This document shows, piece by piece, positions 1 through 9,190 of a stretch of DNA of 30,654 bases. The DNA is from Bdellovibrionota bacterium (GTDB taxonomy: Bacteria; Bdellovibrionota_C; UBA2361; OMII01). The notes below the pieces were generated by a model. The model was not told where the DNA came from and made no database searches. It worked only from the letters and a program-made list of their open reading frames with translations. The stretch covers positions 1 to 30,654 of the forward strand of contig JBIKWQ010000041.1 of assembly GCA_044356215.1 (NCBI GenBank), read 5' to 3'. How positions within the stretch are numbered: position 1 is the stretch's first letter; every line of letters starts with the position of its first letter. Position numbers and translations under genes: made by a program.

Positions 1-72
1 AGAGGACACAGAGAACGGCCATTTTATGGGCAATTATGGGGTTTTCTCTGTGTCCTCTGCGTCCTCTGTGGT
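1..72. repeat. Inverted-repeat element made of 9-bp units (CTCTG(T/C)G..); left arm cut by the window edge
   Basis: AGAGGACACAGAGAA (1-15) is the exact reverse complement of 44-58; the right arm runs ctctgtgtc-ctctgcgtc-ctctgtggt to 72. Confidence 0.8.
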
Positions 73-183
73 AAAAAATATTTTACTAATTGTCTCACCA
101 ACTTACCAAAAACACTGCGACACCCTGACCTAAAAAGCGCTGTTAATGATAGCGATGATTTTAGTCCTTATAACGGCCCTTAC

Positions 184-915
184 CTAAGCTTTAGTCTTTA
201 AACTAGCCAACCCACCATCAACCCCAAATACCTGCCCTGTTATCCAGGTCGCTTCATCACTCAATAATAGTCCAGCGATCGCGCCAATATCATTAGGCTC
301 GCCTAAACGTCCTAACGGATGAAGCGCCGTGGAAAAGGCCGCGGCTGTTGGATTTGATGTTATCTTCTCACTAAGCGCAGTTGCTACTAAACCAGGAGCG
401 ACACAGTTAAACCTTAAGCCCCGGGCCGCATAGGTCGCCGCGGCTGATAAAGTAAGTCCGATTATGCCACCCTTTGCGGCGGCGATAGCTTCGTGATTAG
501 CCAATCCGATACGCGCGGCCGCGGATGAGAATAAAACTACAGAGCCGCCGTTATTCATATTACGCGCGGCAGTTCTAGTAACCAGAAAAGCAGAGGTCAG
601 ATTAAGGTTTATGACGCTCATAAACTCGGCCTCTGTAGTGAGGTGAGCTGGCTTTAGAACTATTGAACCAACGCAGTGCGCAACACCTTTTATACCACCA
701 AGCATCGCATTCGCCGCAGTGAACGCGTCCTCAATCTGCTTTAGATCTGTCGCGTCAGCTACTACGTATCCAGCGGCCCCGACTTCACTCGCTGCGGCGG
801 CTAATGACTCTTCATTTCGCGCGGCGAGACATACGGGGATATCTCTCTTCACTAGATCTCTGGCTATAGAACGCCCGATACCGCCACTGCCACCAAATAT
901 AATTACGCCTGACAT
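184..915 (-). CDS. Short-chain dehydrogenase/reductase (FabG-like fold), atypical active site
   Basis: GGSGGIG Rossmann motif, NCVAPG, and WITGQVFGVDGG C-terminal SDR motif. YxxxK is replaced by HEAIAAAK. GGAGG RBS upstream. Confidence 0.9.
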   Translation of the reverse strand: MSGVIIFGGSGGIGRSIARDLVKRDIPVCLAARNEESLAAAASEVGAAGYVVADATDLKQIEDAFTAANAMLGGIKGVAHCVGSIVLKPAHLTTEAEFMSVINLNLTSAFLVTRTAARNMNNGGSVVLFSSAAARIGLANHEAIAAAKGGIIGLTLSAAATYAARGLRFNCVAPGLVATALSEKITSNPTAAAFSTALHPLGRLGEPNDIGAIAGLLLSDEATWITGQVFGVDGGLASLKTKA

Positions 916-1032
916 AGATCCTCCCCGAGCGCGTTAAAACGTGTCTCCATAATTACTAATGATTCAGGAGGGGCGAAATGGTCTAAATCAACGATTCTGC
1001 CGATTCTGTATGGCAGCGCAGTTCTTTTTCAA

Positions 1033-1049
1033 CACAGAGGACGCAGAGG
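1033..1049. repeat. Solo half-copy of the nonamer element
   Basis: CACAGAGGACGCAGAGG is the exact reverse complement of 54-70 (17/17). Confidence 0.75.
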
Positions 1050-1074
1050 TAAAGGCTGCGACTTTACTTACCGC

Positions 1075-1449
1075 CTACTTCTTCTCAACCTGGAAGTGCG
1101 AGATACGATCGCGGAAAGGATCATCTGTGAACACGCCACCTATCATAATAGCCAAGAGAATGAACGGCAGCACAATATAGGTCCAAAGGATTTTGTTCTC
1201 ATACTTTCCATGCATGAAAACTAGAACTACTAAGGACGCCTTAACAGAGGCGATCACGAGAGCGCCAACTATGTTCCACTTACCTAGATCAACCTGCGCC
1301 GCGGCAACAGTTATAACTGTAAGGAATAAGAGCGCTACGAGTACCTTAGTGAATGTACTTACAGGAACAACATGCCCCTCCTCAGAGTGATGAGACAAGT
1401 GAGAAGCTGAATGGCCGTGTGGTGTTGAGTGCGAGTCAGCGTGTGACAT
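1075..1449 (-). CDS. coxD: Cytochrome c oxidase subunit IV family protein
   Basis: Three TM helices, LxxLTVITV and IASVKASLVVLVFMH motifs, His-rich N-terminus; last gene of the oxidase operon. Confidence 0.88.
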   Translation of the reverse strand: MSHADSHSTPHGHSASHLSHHSEEGHVVPVSTFTKVLVALLFLTVITVAAAQVDLGKWNIVGALVIASVKASLVVLVFMHGKYENKILWTYIVLPFILLAIMIGGVFTDDPFRDRISHFQVEKK

Positions 1450-1500
1450 ATCTTTTATCTCTCTTTTTTAAATTTATTCCCTACTTACCTGCCTATCCAA

Positions 1501-2157
1501 CTAACCTACTAGATACAAAAGCGGGAAGAGGTAGATCCAGACTAGATCCACTAAGTGCCAATACAGAGCACTTAGCTCAACTGGGGTGTAGTACTTACCA
1601 GAGAAGCGGTTCTTCATCGCTGGAATGATTCCGTAGATCGTCATCACGATCATACCGATAATTACGTGCAAGGCGTGAAGGCCAGTCATGCAGTAATAGA
1701 TCCCAAGGAAGTTCTTGTACTCGTAAAAATTGCTGTTCCAAACAATTGGGAACATCCCGTGGTGCGCCTTGCCGGTGTACTCGTAGGTCTTAACTATAAG
1801 AAAGAGAAATCCGCAGAAAACGCTGATTCCAAAATTCTTTACCACTGCGGCGTTATCACCCTGCTGAGCCTTGGTAACAGCAACGGCCGCTGTGTAGCTC
1901 GAGAAGAGCAAGATCGCTGTGTTTAGAGCTCCGGCCCAAAGATTAAGGTTGTGACTCGCGTCGTGAAACTCAGCTAAGTGATAGTAACGCATTATAGCGA
2001 AACTGCAGAACATCACCGCGAAAAGCATAACTTCTGTTGCTAGGAAGAGCCACATGCCGAGCTTAGCCGCGCCATAAGCCGTATGGCTATCCATATGGTG
2101 AATTATCGGTGGCTCTCCTGGTGGCACGTTGTGATCTACTATCGCTGCGTTGCTCAT
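1501..2157 (-). CDS. coxC: Cytochrome c oxidase subunit III (short form)
   Basis: LGMWLFLATEVMLF, NTAILLFSS, TGLHALHV and LYWHLVDLVWIYLFPLLY motifs. Confidence 0.95.
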   Translation of the reverse strand: MSNAAIVDHNVPPGEPPIIHHMDSHTAYGAAKLGMWLFLATEVMLFAVMFCSFAIMRYYHLAEFHDASHNLNLWAGALNTAILLFSSYTAAVAVTKAQQGDNAAVVKNFGISVFCGFLFLIVKTYEYTGKAHHGMFPIVWNSNFYEYKNFLGIYYCMTGLHALHVIIGMIVMTIYGIIPAMKNRFSGKYYTPVELSALYWHLVDLVWIYLFPLLYLVG

Positions 2158-2209
2158 AACTTCCCTGTTTATTCTCTACTTGTTCGAAATGTTGCCTCTT
2201 GAACTTCCC

Positions 2210-3838
2210 TTAGGCGTGCTTGTGATTCGGAGTGCCGTAGTGATACGGATCCTGATCAACCACTGGGATCTCCGTGAAGTTCTCATGCACTGGAGGTGAC
2301 TGTGTCTGCCACTCCAAGCTCACCGAGCTGTACGGATTGCGCGGCGCCTTAACCTTGCCGAACTTCGCTGTCCAGAGGAGGTTAATTAACGCGAACGTAT
2401 AGCCGAATCCGTTTAGGTAAGCGCCGATCGTTGAGATCGTGTGAAGGGTCTGATACTGCGCTGGATAGTCGTAGTAACGACGTGGCATACCGTCCATGCC
2501 CAAGATGAACTGCGGGATGAAGGTCAGATTAAATCCGAAGAAGAGGATCGCGAAAGCGGCCTTTGACGCTGTCTCGTTGTACATCTTGCCGGTCATCTTA
2601 GGGAACCAGAAGTGCAGGGCGGCTATCAAACCGATTACCGCTCCACCCTGAATCGTGTAGTGAAAGTGCGCTACTACGAAATACGTGTCGTGGTAGTACA
2701 CATCCACTCCTAGCATGGCGAGATATATTCCAGTCGTACCGGCAACCATGAAGAGGAATACGAAAGCCATGGCGTACAACATCGGGGTCTTAAACGAGAT
2801 CGACCCTTTGTACATCGTACTTACCCAGTTAAACACCTTAATCGCTGTTGGGATCGCCACAAGGAATGTGATGATAGAGAAGAACTTCGCTGAGAAATCA
2901 GAGATACCAGCGACGAACATGTGGTGCGCCCATACGATAAAGCCTACAGCGGCGATCGCCATCGACGAGATCACAACCATCTTGTAACCGAAAAGAGGTT
3001 TACGGGAGAAAACCGGGATAATCTCTCCAACTACTCCAAACGCCGGAAGAACCATGATGTATACTACTGGGTGCGAGTAGAACCAGAAGAGGTGCTCCAT
3101 GAGGACCGGATCACCACCCTTGCTTGGGTCAAAAATTCCAGCCCCGAACATACGCTCGGCGATAACTAATAGTAGGGTCATACCAACTACCGGTGTCGCC
3201 ACAGTTTGAATCACCGCTGTCGCGTAAGACGCCCAGATAAAAACAGGCAGACGCATCCAGGTCATTCCTGGGGCGCGTAGCTGGTGAATCGTTACGATAA
3301 AGTTTAGTCCGGTTAGGATCGATGAGAATCCTAAGACAAACGCCGCGAATACCATCAAGCTAACAGAGGTATCGGTCGTGGTGCTGTTAGGTGCATAGAA
3401 TGTCCATCCAGTATCAATCGGGTTAAGCATCGCGCAACCACCGATTAGCGCTCCAATAACATAGATATAGAAGCTAAGTAGGTTTAGCCTTGGGAAAGCA
3501 ACATCCTTGGCTCCGATCATTAACGGAATCAAAAAGTTTCCAAGGGTCGCTGGGATTCCAGGCACAACGAATAGGAAGATCATAAACACGCCGTGCATCG
3601 TGAAAAGCACGTTGTATGTGTGTGGGTCTTTGATTATCTGCGCGCCAGAGAAGGCCAGCTCTGTTCGCATGATCAGAGCCGCGATACCACCGCCGATAAA
3701 GAATATCATAATGGCGAATAGGTAGAGGAAGCAGATCCTCTTGTGGTCGGTTGAGGTCAACCAAGACCAGATACCTGTCTTCCAGTTAAGGTAGTTTAGC
3801 TCCTCGTTTCCGTGTGCTGTCTCAGTATGCGCTGACAT
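2210..3838 (-). CDS. coxA: Cytochrome c oxidase subunit I, type A2 heme-copper oxidase
   Basis: Six His ligands (TMHG, YSHPVVY, WAHHMF, VAHFHY), TDHKRI, D-channel DVAFPRLN, K-channel IPTAIK. The helix VI YSHPxV motif marks type A2. Confidence 0.97.
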   Translation of the reverse strand: MSAHTETAHGNEELNYLNWKTGIWSWLTSTDHKRICFLYLFAIMIFFIGGGIAALIMRTELAFSGAQIIKDPHTYNVLFTMHGVFMIFLFVVPGIPATLGNFLIPLMIGAKDVAFPRLNLLSFYIYVIGALIGGCAMLNPIDTGWTFYAPNSTTTDTSVSLMVFAAFVLGFSSILTGLNFIVTIHQLRAPGMTWMRLPVFIWASYATAVIQTVATPVVGMTLLLVIAERMFGAGIFDPSKGGDPVLMEHLFWFYSHPVVYIMVLPAFGVVGEIIPVFSRKPLFGYKMVVISSMAIAAVGFIVWAHHMFVAGISDFSAKFFSIITFLVAIPTAIKVFNWVSTMYKGSISFKTPMLYAMAFVFLFMVAGTTGIYLAMLGVDVYYHDTYFVVAHFHYTIQGGAVIGLIAALHFWFPKMTGKMYNETASKAAFAILFFGFNLTFIPQFILGMDGMPRRYYDYPAQYQTLHTISTIGAYLNGFGYTFALINLLWTAKFGKVKAPRNPYSSVSLEWQTQSPPVHENFTEIPVVDQDPYHYGTPNHKHA

Positions 3839-3864
3839 AATTCCTTTCCTCTATTTGTGACTCG

Positions 3865-5166
3865 TTATTGAAGGGTCTTTAGGTACTCGATGATGTCGTT
3901 CAGATTTTCATCAGTTAACTTGCCCTCATACATCGCCGGCATCACCGGCCCGTAGCCCTCTACAATCTTAGCTGCAGGCTTCCAGATCGACTCCTTGATG
4001 TAAGCCGCGTCAACAACGACCTCGCTTCCATCCGAGAGCTTCTCTTTGCGGCCCCAGAGACCCTTAAATGATGGGCCCACCATCTTCGAGCCGTCGAGGC
4101 TGTGGCAGGTGATACAGAGATTGCCCGTGTCGTGAACCAAAGCCTTACCTCTCTCAACTGGGGTAGCTCCCGCCGCCGCTGCAGACTTCTTCGGAGCGAC
4201 CGGCGCTACATCTACTGGCTGAGATCCATCAACTGTCTTGATGAACTCTACAATTCCAGTAATCTCATCGTCCGAGAGCTGTCCCTGGTAGCTCGGCATT
4301 CCCATCGCAGGATAACCCTTAACCGTCTTGGCTTGTGGATTTAAGATAGACTCACGGATGTAGTTCTCATCCATCTTGTACTTCGATCCGTCAGCTAACT
4401 CGCCCTCTTTGCCGAAAGCCTTTAGCCACGTAGGTCCAACCCTTGGGGAGCCATCTAAACTGTGGCACGAGATACACTGCTTACCAGCATAGAGCTCCTT
4501 TCCTAGATCTGATGGCTTAAGAGCCGCCAACTTGCGCTCCTCGCTATCATCGGCGAGCCATCTCTCAAACTCAGCTTTCGGTAAAACCTTTAATCTCGCG
4601 AGCATCTTTGAGTGCTCATTGCCGCAGTACTCAGTGCAGAAAACTTGGAAATCACCGGTCTTAATCGGCTTGAACCACTCGTAGGTGTAACGACCAGGGA
4701 TAACATCCATCTTGGTGCGCATTACTGGAACAAAGAACGAATGCAATACATCCTTTGAGGTCATGATTAATTTTACTGGCTGGTCTACTGGAACAACTAG
4801 TTCGCTAGTTGTCTTCTTACCGTTCTTATACTGGAAGTCCCAAGCCCACTTACGGCCGGTAACATTGATCTCCATGGCGTCAGCCGGAGGCGAGCGAAGG
4901 TCGACAAACGCGTCGTATCCTAACCAGGCTACCCAGATACAAACTAGGGTCGGGAATACAGTCCAGATCACCTCTAAGGTGTTGTTACCCTCAATCATCG
5001 GGGTCTCGTGATCTTTACCATCTCGTTGACGATAGATCACCGCGAAATAAAGCATCGCGCCAACGATCGCCACTGTGCAGATGACCGATATAATCGTGAC
5101 TACGTCGTTAGCGAAATCGACCTTGTGCGCAAACTCAGAACCCTGCTCGCCTAACAATCCCAACAT
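3865..5166 (-). CDS. coxB: Cytochrome c oxidase subunit II with CuA domain and two C-terminal cytochrome c domains
   Basis: LEVIWT, DVLHSF and CTEYCGNEHSKM (CuA); heme-attachment motifs CISCH and CITCH, each followed by an MP axial-ligand motif. Confidence 0.95.
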   Translation of the reverse strand: MLGLLGEQGSEFAHKVDFANDVVTIISVICTVAIVGAMLYFAVIYRQRDGKDHETPMIEGNNTLEVIWTVFPTLVCIWVAWLGYDAFVDLRSPPADAMEINVTGRKWAWDFQYKNGKKTTSELVVPVDQPVKLIMTSKDVLHSFFVPVMRTKMDVIPGRYTYEWFKPIKTGDFQVFCTEYCGNEHSKMLARLKVLPKAEFERWLADDSEERKLAALKPSDLGKELYAGKQCISCHSLDGSPRVGPTWLKAFGKEGELADGSKYKMDENYIRESILNPQAKTVKGYPAMGMPSYQGQLSDDEITGIVEFIKTVDGSQPVDVAPVAPKKSAAAAGATPVERGKALVHDTGNLCITCHSLDGSKMVGPSFKGLWGRKEKLSDGSEVVVDAAYIKESIWKPAAKIVEGYGPVMPAMYEGKLTDENLNDIIEYLKTLQ

Positions 5167-5216
5167 AACTTTCTTGTCCGTTACACTTAAAAATCTCTAG
5201 CTACGGGTTGGCGCGA

Positions 5217-6107
5217 TTAACCGCCCTTCAACCCCGCCGCCCCCGCGCGCCTTCTGCGCGCGCAGTATAAATATACTAGCGCTAGACCTATCAGGGTCAG
5301 AGCCCCACCAACCCGCAAAAGACCGACGACTGCCCAGGTATACTTTCCTTGCAGTGGGTCGAATCTAAAGCAATATAGAAGCAGGTGATCGATCGCTGTG
5401 CCGATCTCTCCTTTGGACGCCTCGACCAGAGCCAAACGCGTATCCCAGGGGGAGAACATAATCCCGGTGAAATACTGCGAGATCTCACCCGTCGGCGTCA
5501 ATATCATAAGAGCCGCTGAGTGAGCAAAATCTTCTCCATCGCGCATATATTTAAAGCCGAGCTCTCCCATAAGACCCCTAACCTGCTCCTGCCTTCCCAC
5601 CAAGTATTGTATCGCCGCTGTCCTACTGGCAGGAAGACCGATCAACTTAGCGTTGAACTTATTCATCACTTTTTGGGCGTCCTGTGGGGTCTCTGTTGGA
5701 TCAAAACCGACCACTAAGAGGGAAAAATCATCCGATAATTGAAGCTCAAGCTCGTTTAGTAGATTATAGACACCATCTAGCAGCAAACCGCAGAGCCTTG
5801 GGCACTTATAATAGACCGGAGCGATGACTATCGGCTTACCGGGAATCGCGAAATCCTTTAGAGCTCGGGTTTCGCCGCTGACACTGGTAAACGTCCGCGA
5901 GAGGTCGACCTGTCGGCCGAGCTCGGTGAAGATCCCGACCTCCTTGTCGAGAACCTGCTCGGGGCGCTCTACTGCTGATACCTTGGGCGCAAAAGCCACA
6001 GCCGCCACAAAGAGTGCGATTGTCCCAAAGGACCGCGCAAAAGCAAAAATAAGTTTTGTTTTCAGCATATTAGAGCCGCCAATTGAACTAGCGAACGTTC
6101 TTAGCAT
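5217..6107 (-). CDS. SCO1/SenC family copper chaperone (start may be 6068)
   Basis: YYKCPRLC (CxxxC), FDPTETP, FAHS copper His, LLLYCFRFDP plus C-terminal TM helix; directly upstream of coxB. Confidence 0.9.
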   Translation of the reverse strand: MLRTFASSIGGSNMLKTKLIFAFARSFGTIALFVAAVAFAPKVSAVERPEQVLDKEVGIFTELGRQVDLSRTFTSVSGETRALKDFAIPGKPIVIAPVYYKCPRLCGLLLDGVYNLLNELELQLSDDFSLLVVGFDPTETPQDAQKVMNKFNAKLIGLPASRTAAIQYLVGRQEQVRGLMGELGFKYMRDGEDFAHSAALMILTPTGEISQYFTGIMFSPWDTRLALVEASKGEIGTAIDHLLLYCFRFDPLQGKYTWAVVGLLRVGGALTLIGLALVYLYCARRRRAGAAGLKGG

Positions 6108-6160
6108 GAGCTAAATTGTACGGTTTGGCAAATATCCACTAAAGACCTCCTAACAAATCA

Positions 6161-6177
6161 TTAGTACCTTAAACTAA
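6161..6177. promoter_or_regulatory. Candidate DtxR/MntR-family operator TTAGT-N7-ACTAA
   Basis: Palindromic arms 3 bp upstream of the regulator's -35 box, in the divergent SCO/regulator intergenic region. Confidence 0.35.
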
Positions 6178-6180
6178 AGT

Positions 6181-6209
6181 TTGACATGCATAACAAAAGC
6201 TTGTAAGAA
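6181..6209 (+). promoter_or_regulatory. Sigma70-type promoter, probably leaderless
   Basis: TTGACA-17 bp-TAAGAA; ATG 6 nt downstream with no Shine-Dalgarno. Confidence 0.5.
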
Positions 6210-6215
6210 AGTCCT

Positions 6216-6623
6216 ATGGATATCTGGAAAAAGTTCGAAGAGAACAACATCACCCACAGCGCCGCTCACCACTTAGTAACGATCCTCGAGCTTCGTGAGA
6301 AGCGTGGCTACGCGCGGGTAACAGATGTGGCCCGCGATCTAAATATCACCACCGGCAGCGCGTCGATAAATCTAAAGGCGCTCAAAGCGAAGAATCTAAT
6401 TATTGAGGATGAGAATAAATTTTTAGCTTTATCACCAGAGGGCGAAGCGATCGCTCGGGCCGTGATGACCCGGAAGAATATCCTTCTTCATTTTTTAACT
6501 GATGTACTTCACGTCTCTCCTGAGCAGGCTGAGATCGATGCCTGCAAAACAGAGCATCTAATAAGCGCTGAGACAGCTAAGAAGTTAGAGGATTTTACAA
6601 CGCGCTATCAAAAGAAGGCATAG
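6216..6623 (+). CDS. DtxR/MntR family metal-dependent transcriptional regulator (no FeoA/SH3 domain)
   Basis: GYARVTDVARDL HTH, FLTDVLHVS and AEIDACKTEHLIS metal-binding/dimerisation motif. Confidence 0.92.
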   Translation: MDIWKKFEENNITHSAAHHLVTILELREKRGYARVTDVARDLNITTGSASINLKALKAKNLIIEDENKFLALSPEGEAIARAVMTRKNILLHFLTDVLHVSPEQAEIDACKTEHLISAETAKKLEDFTTRYQKKA

Positions 6624-6665
6624 CACTCCACTCTCCCCTTTATACAACTGATATTAAATCCACAT

Positions 6666-7776
6666 ATGACAACTCACTTTGAACCCTCTGAATTTAAATA
6701 CCGCCTGCAAGGACTAAAAGAACGCGTTGAGGTTCTTCGGGGGTTTCTTTGACGTCCCATCACTCACCACAAAGGTAGATCAATTAGAGCAGCAATCTCA
6801 GTCAAACGAGATCTGGAGCGACGCTAACAAAGCTAAAGCTATCATGCGTGAACGCGCTCAGTGCGTGGAGCGTTTAGATAGCTTTAAAAAACTCGAGCAA
6901 CTGCACTCCGACACCGAAGCCGCTTTTGAGCTCGGTCGTGATTCAGGTGATCAGGAGCTGATATCTGAGGCCCAACGGCTAATCGAGGATTATCAGAGCG
7001 CTCTATTAGCATTAGAGTTTAAGTGCAAGATGAACGGCGAGTTTGATAGCCAGAACGCTATCGTTGAGATTAACGCCGGATCAGGTGGCACCGAGGCTCA
7101 AGACTGGGGCGAGATGCTTTTAAGGATGTATCTAAGGTGGTGCGAGCGAAAGCGTTTACGCACAGAGATCTTAGATTACCAAGCTGGCGAGGGCGCCGGG
7201 ATTAAGAACGCCACAGTTTTAGTTGAGGGACCATACTCATACGGGTATCTCCGCAACGAATCAGGTGTGCACAGACTCGTTCGCATATCGCCGTTTGATT
7301 CAAACGCTCGAAGACACACATCGTTTGCCTCGATCGCGGTAACTCCAGATATAGAGGAGGAGATCGAGGTTGAGGTCAATGAAGCCGATCTACGGGTAGA
7401 TACCTACAGATCCTCAGGAGCGGGAGGACAGCACATTAACAAAACGGACTCGGCTGTCAGATTAACCCATATGCCGACAGGAATAGTTGTTGCCTGTCAG
7501 AGCGAAAGGTCGCAACATAAAAACAAGTCTCGCGCGATGAAGATCTTAAAATCTAAATTGTACGAACTAGAGCAGCAGAACCAAAGGGATCGGATTGATC
7601 AACTAAAAGGTCAACGAAAGAAGATCGATTTCGGAAGTCAGATCCGCAACTACGTGATGCAGCCCTATCAGTTAGTAAAAGATCTACGCAGCGAATACGA
7701 GACCTCCGACGTGCACTCAGTGCTCGACGGGGAGATAGATCCACTTATAGAATCGTGCTTGTTAATGAGCGACTAA
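6666..7776 (+). CDS. prfB: Peptide chain release factor 2, translated by programmed +1 frameshift
   Basis: ATG 6666 reads MTTHFEP...VLRGFL to CTT-TGA (6747-6752); the +1 frame resumes at GAC 6751. SPF (RISPFD) and GGQ motifs present. Confidence 0.97.
6738..6753 (+). promoter_or_regulatory. RF2 programmed ribosomal frameshift signal
   Basis: CGGGGG-TTT-CTTTGAC: internal SD-like element 3 nt before the CTT TGA C slippery stop. Confidence 0.95.
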
Positions 7777-7787
7777 ATTCAGGCAAT

Positions 7788-8981
7788 ATGACCCAGCCAC
7801 TGAAAGCCGAGATAGCTAAAGAGATCGCCAAAGAGTTGGCGATTATTCAATCAGATCTCGGAATACGCGCCGGCGCCGATCCACTACACCCTCTCTATCG
7901 ATCTACATTAGTTACTAGCTTCGCAACCTGGAACCTGCTTGACCTCTGGGGCCATAAAGATATTAAGACCGCGTCAGCTCACGCCCTTGAGGATTACCAT
8001 ACTAGCTCATCCGCGGGCCGCTTAATCGGCGGCATCTGCACAAAGCTTTCTGGATGCGAGGCGCGCTGCGCGCAGTTTCTCTCTGCCGAATCATCTCTGC
8101 TCTTCTCTAATAAAAACCAAGCTGTCCTGACACTGATTACCGCTCTGGCGACTGGCGGGAGTGTTGTTATCGGCCCCTCGATGAGCGCGCTTCCGATAGC
8201 AGATGCCTGCGCCTTAGTCGATCTAGAGTTTATCGAGTGTGAATCGCGCGAGGATTATCGCCAAGCTATCGAACGACACAAAACAGCAGGCAGAGTAATT
8301 GTTTTCGCGGAGACCGTATCGGCTGTAACGGGTAAGAGATCAGATCTACACGACCTAATCTCCTTAGCTAATCAACACAACTGCTGGTTAGCTCTTGATG
8401 AGAGTTGGGCTATCGCCTATTCAGGGATGCGCGGCGCTGGGAGCGCTGAGATAGCGCCAAATTTTCCGCAGCTACTCGCTAGATTTTTTAGTGGTTCTAT
8501 TTTGTCGGGGGCTCCTATTACAGCGCTTACCTGCCCCCATGAAGTGCGCGAGCTGCTTCTACTGCGCTCTCGTTACTTAAAGATCGAGCCACCACCATCA
8601 CTAATAGAGGTAGCGGCGCTAAGCGCGGCTATCGATCTAGCTGAGATAGCGATCACCCAACGCGAAAAATTAAATCTCCGCTCACGATTAATTCAGAACG
8701 CTTTAAGAGAGCAGGGGTGGAGAGTTGTAAGCGAAGACGACTCGCCTATCGCCGCCATCTGGTTTGACACGTACCAACAGGCGCGCGAATTACAAGAGGC
8801 GCTATTGCAGCGCGGGTGCTTAATTGAGGTTATCGCCGCGCGCGGGCTACGACGTAACAACGCTGTAGCTAGGATTATAGCATCTACCGGGCACTCAGAC
8901 CTTGAGGTGGCTCGGTTGCTTGATAGCCTGCTTGAGATCCGCAAGAGGCTTGGTAGTAGTGGAGTTAAACAAGAGGTATAG
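7788..8981 (+). CDS. BioF/alpha-oxoamine synthase-like PLP-fold protein with degenerate active site
   Basis: SSAGRLIGG, LxGCExxxAxFL, ETVSAVTG, LALDES..SGMRGAG, SPI and ARIIASTGH follow the BioF layout. No DxxH His and no TxxK Lys. ATG 7788 is preferred over GTG 7755, which overlaps prfB. Confidence 0.75.
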   Translation: MTQPLKAEIAKEIAKELAIIQSDLGIRAGADPLHPLYRSTLVTSFATWNLLDLWGHKDIKTASAHALEDYHTSSSAGRLIGGICTKLSGCEARCAQFLSAESSLLFSNKNQAVLTLITALATGGSVVIGPSMSALPIADACALVDLEFIECESREDYRQAIERHKTAGRVIVFAETVSAVTGKRSDLHDLISLANQHNCWLALDESWAIAYSGMRGAGSAEIAPNFPQLLARFFSGSILSGAPITALTCPHEVRELLLLRSRYLKIEPPPSLIEVAALSAAIDLAEIAITQREKLNLRSRLIQNALREQGWRVVSEDDSPIAAIWFDTYQQARELQEALLQRGCLIEVIAARGLRRNNAVARIIASTGHSDLEVARLLDSLLEIRKRLGSSGVKQEV

Positions 8982-9118
8982 AGCTAATTAGTCGCTTTTA
9001 GTACGGGGCTGTCTGAAATAGAGAGGGGGAGGTTGGGGTTTTTTTGGGGGGGGGGAGTGGTTTGAACCTAAAAAGAGAAGCTGCGGGTTAAATAATGAAA
9101 AACTCGCTATAGAGGTTT

Positions 9119-9147
9119 TTGCCTGACATTCCTAGAAGTGCTACTAT
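9119..9147 (+). promoter_or_regulatory. Sigma70 promoter with extended -10
   Basis: TTGCCT-17 bp-TACTAT, with TG at 9139-9140. Confidence 0.55.
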
Positions 9148-9190
9148 CCACTCAGTTATCTGCTTGGAATTTTTTATTTGAGGATAAGCG

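Noticed and set aside
6727..7776. prfB starting at TTG 6727
   Set aside because: Artefact of the frameshift; the real start is ATG 6666.
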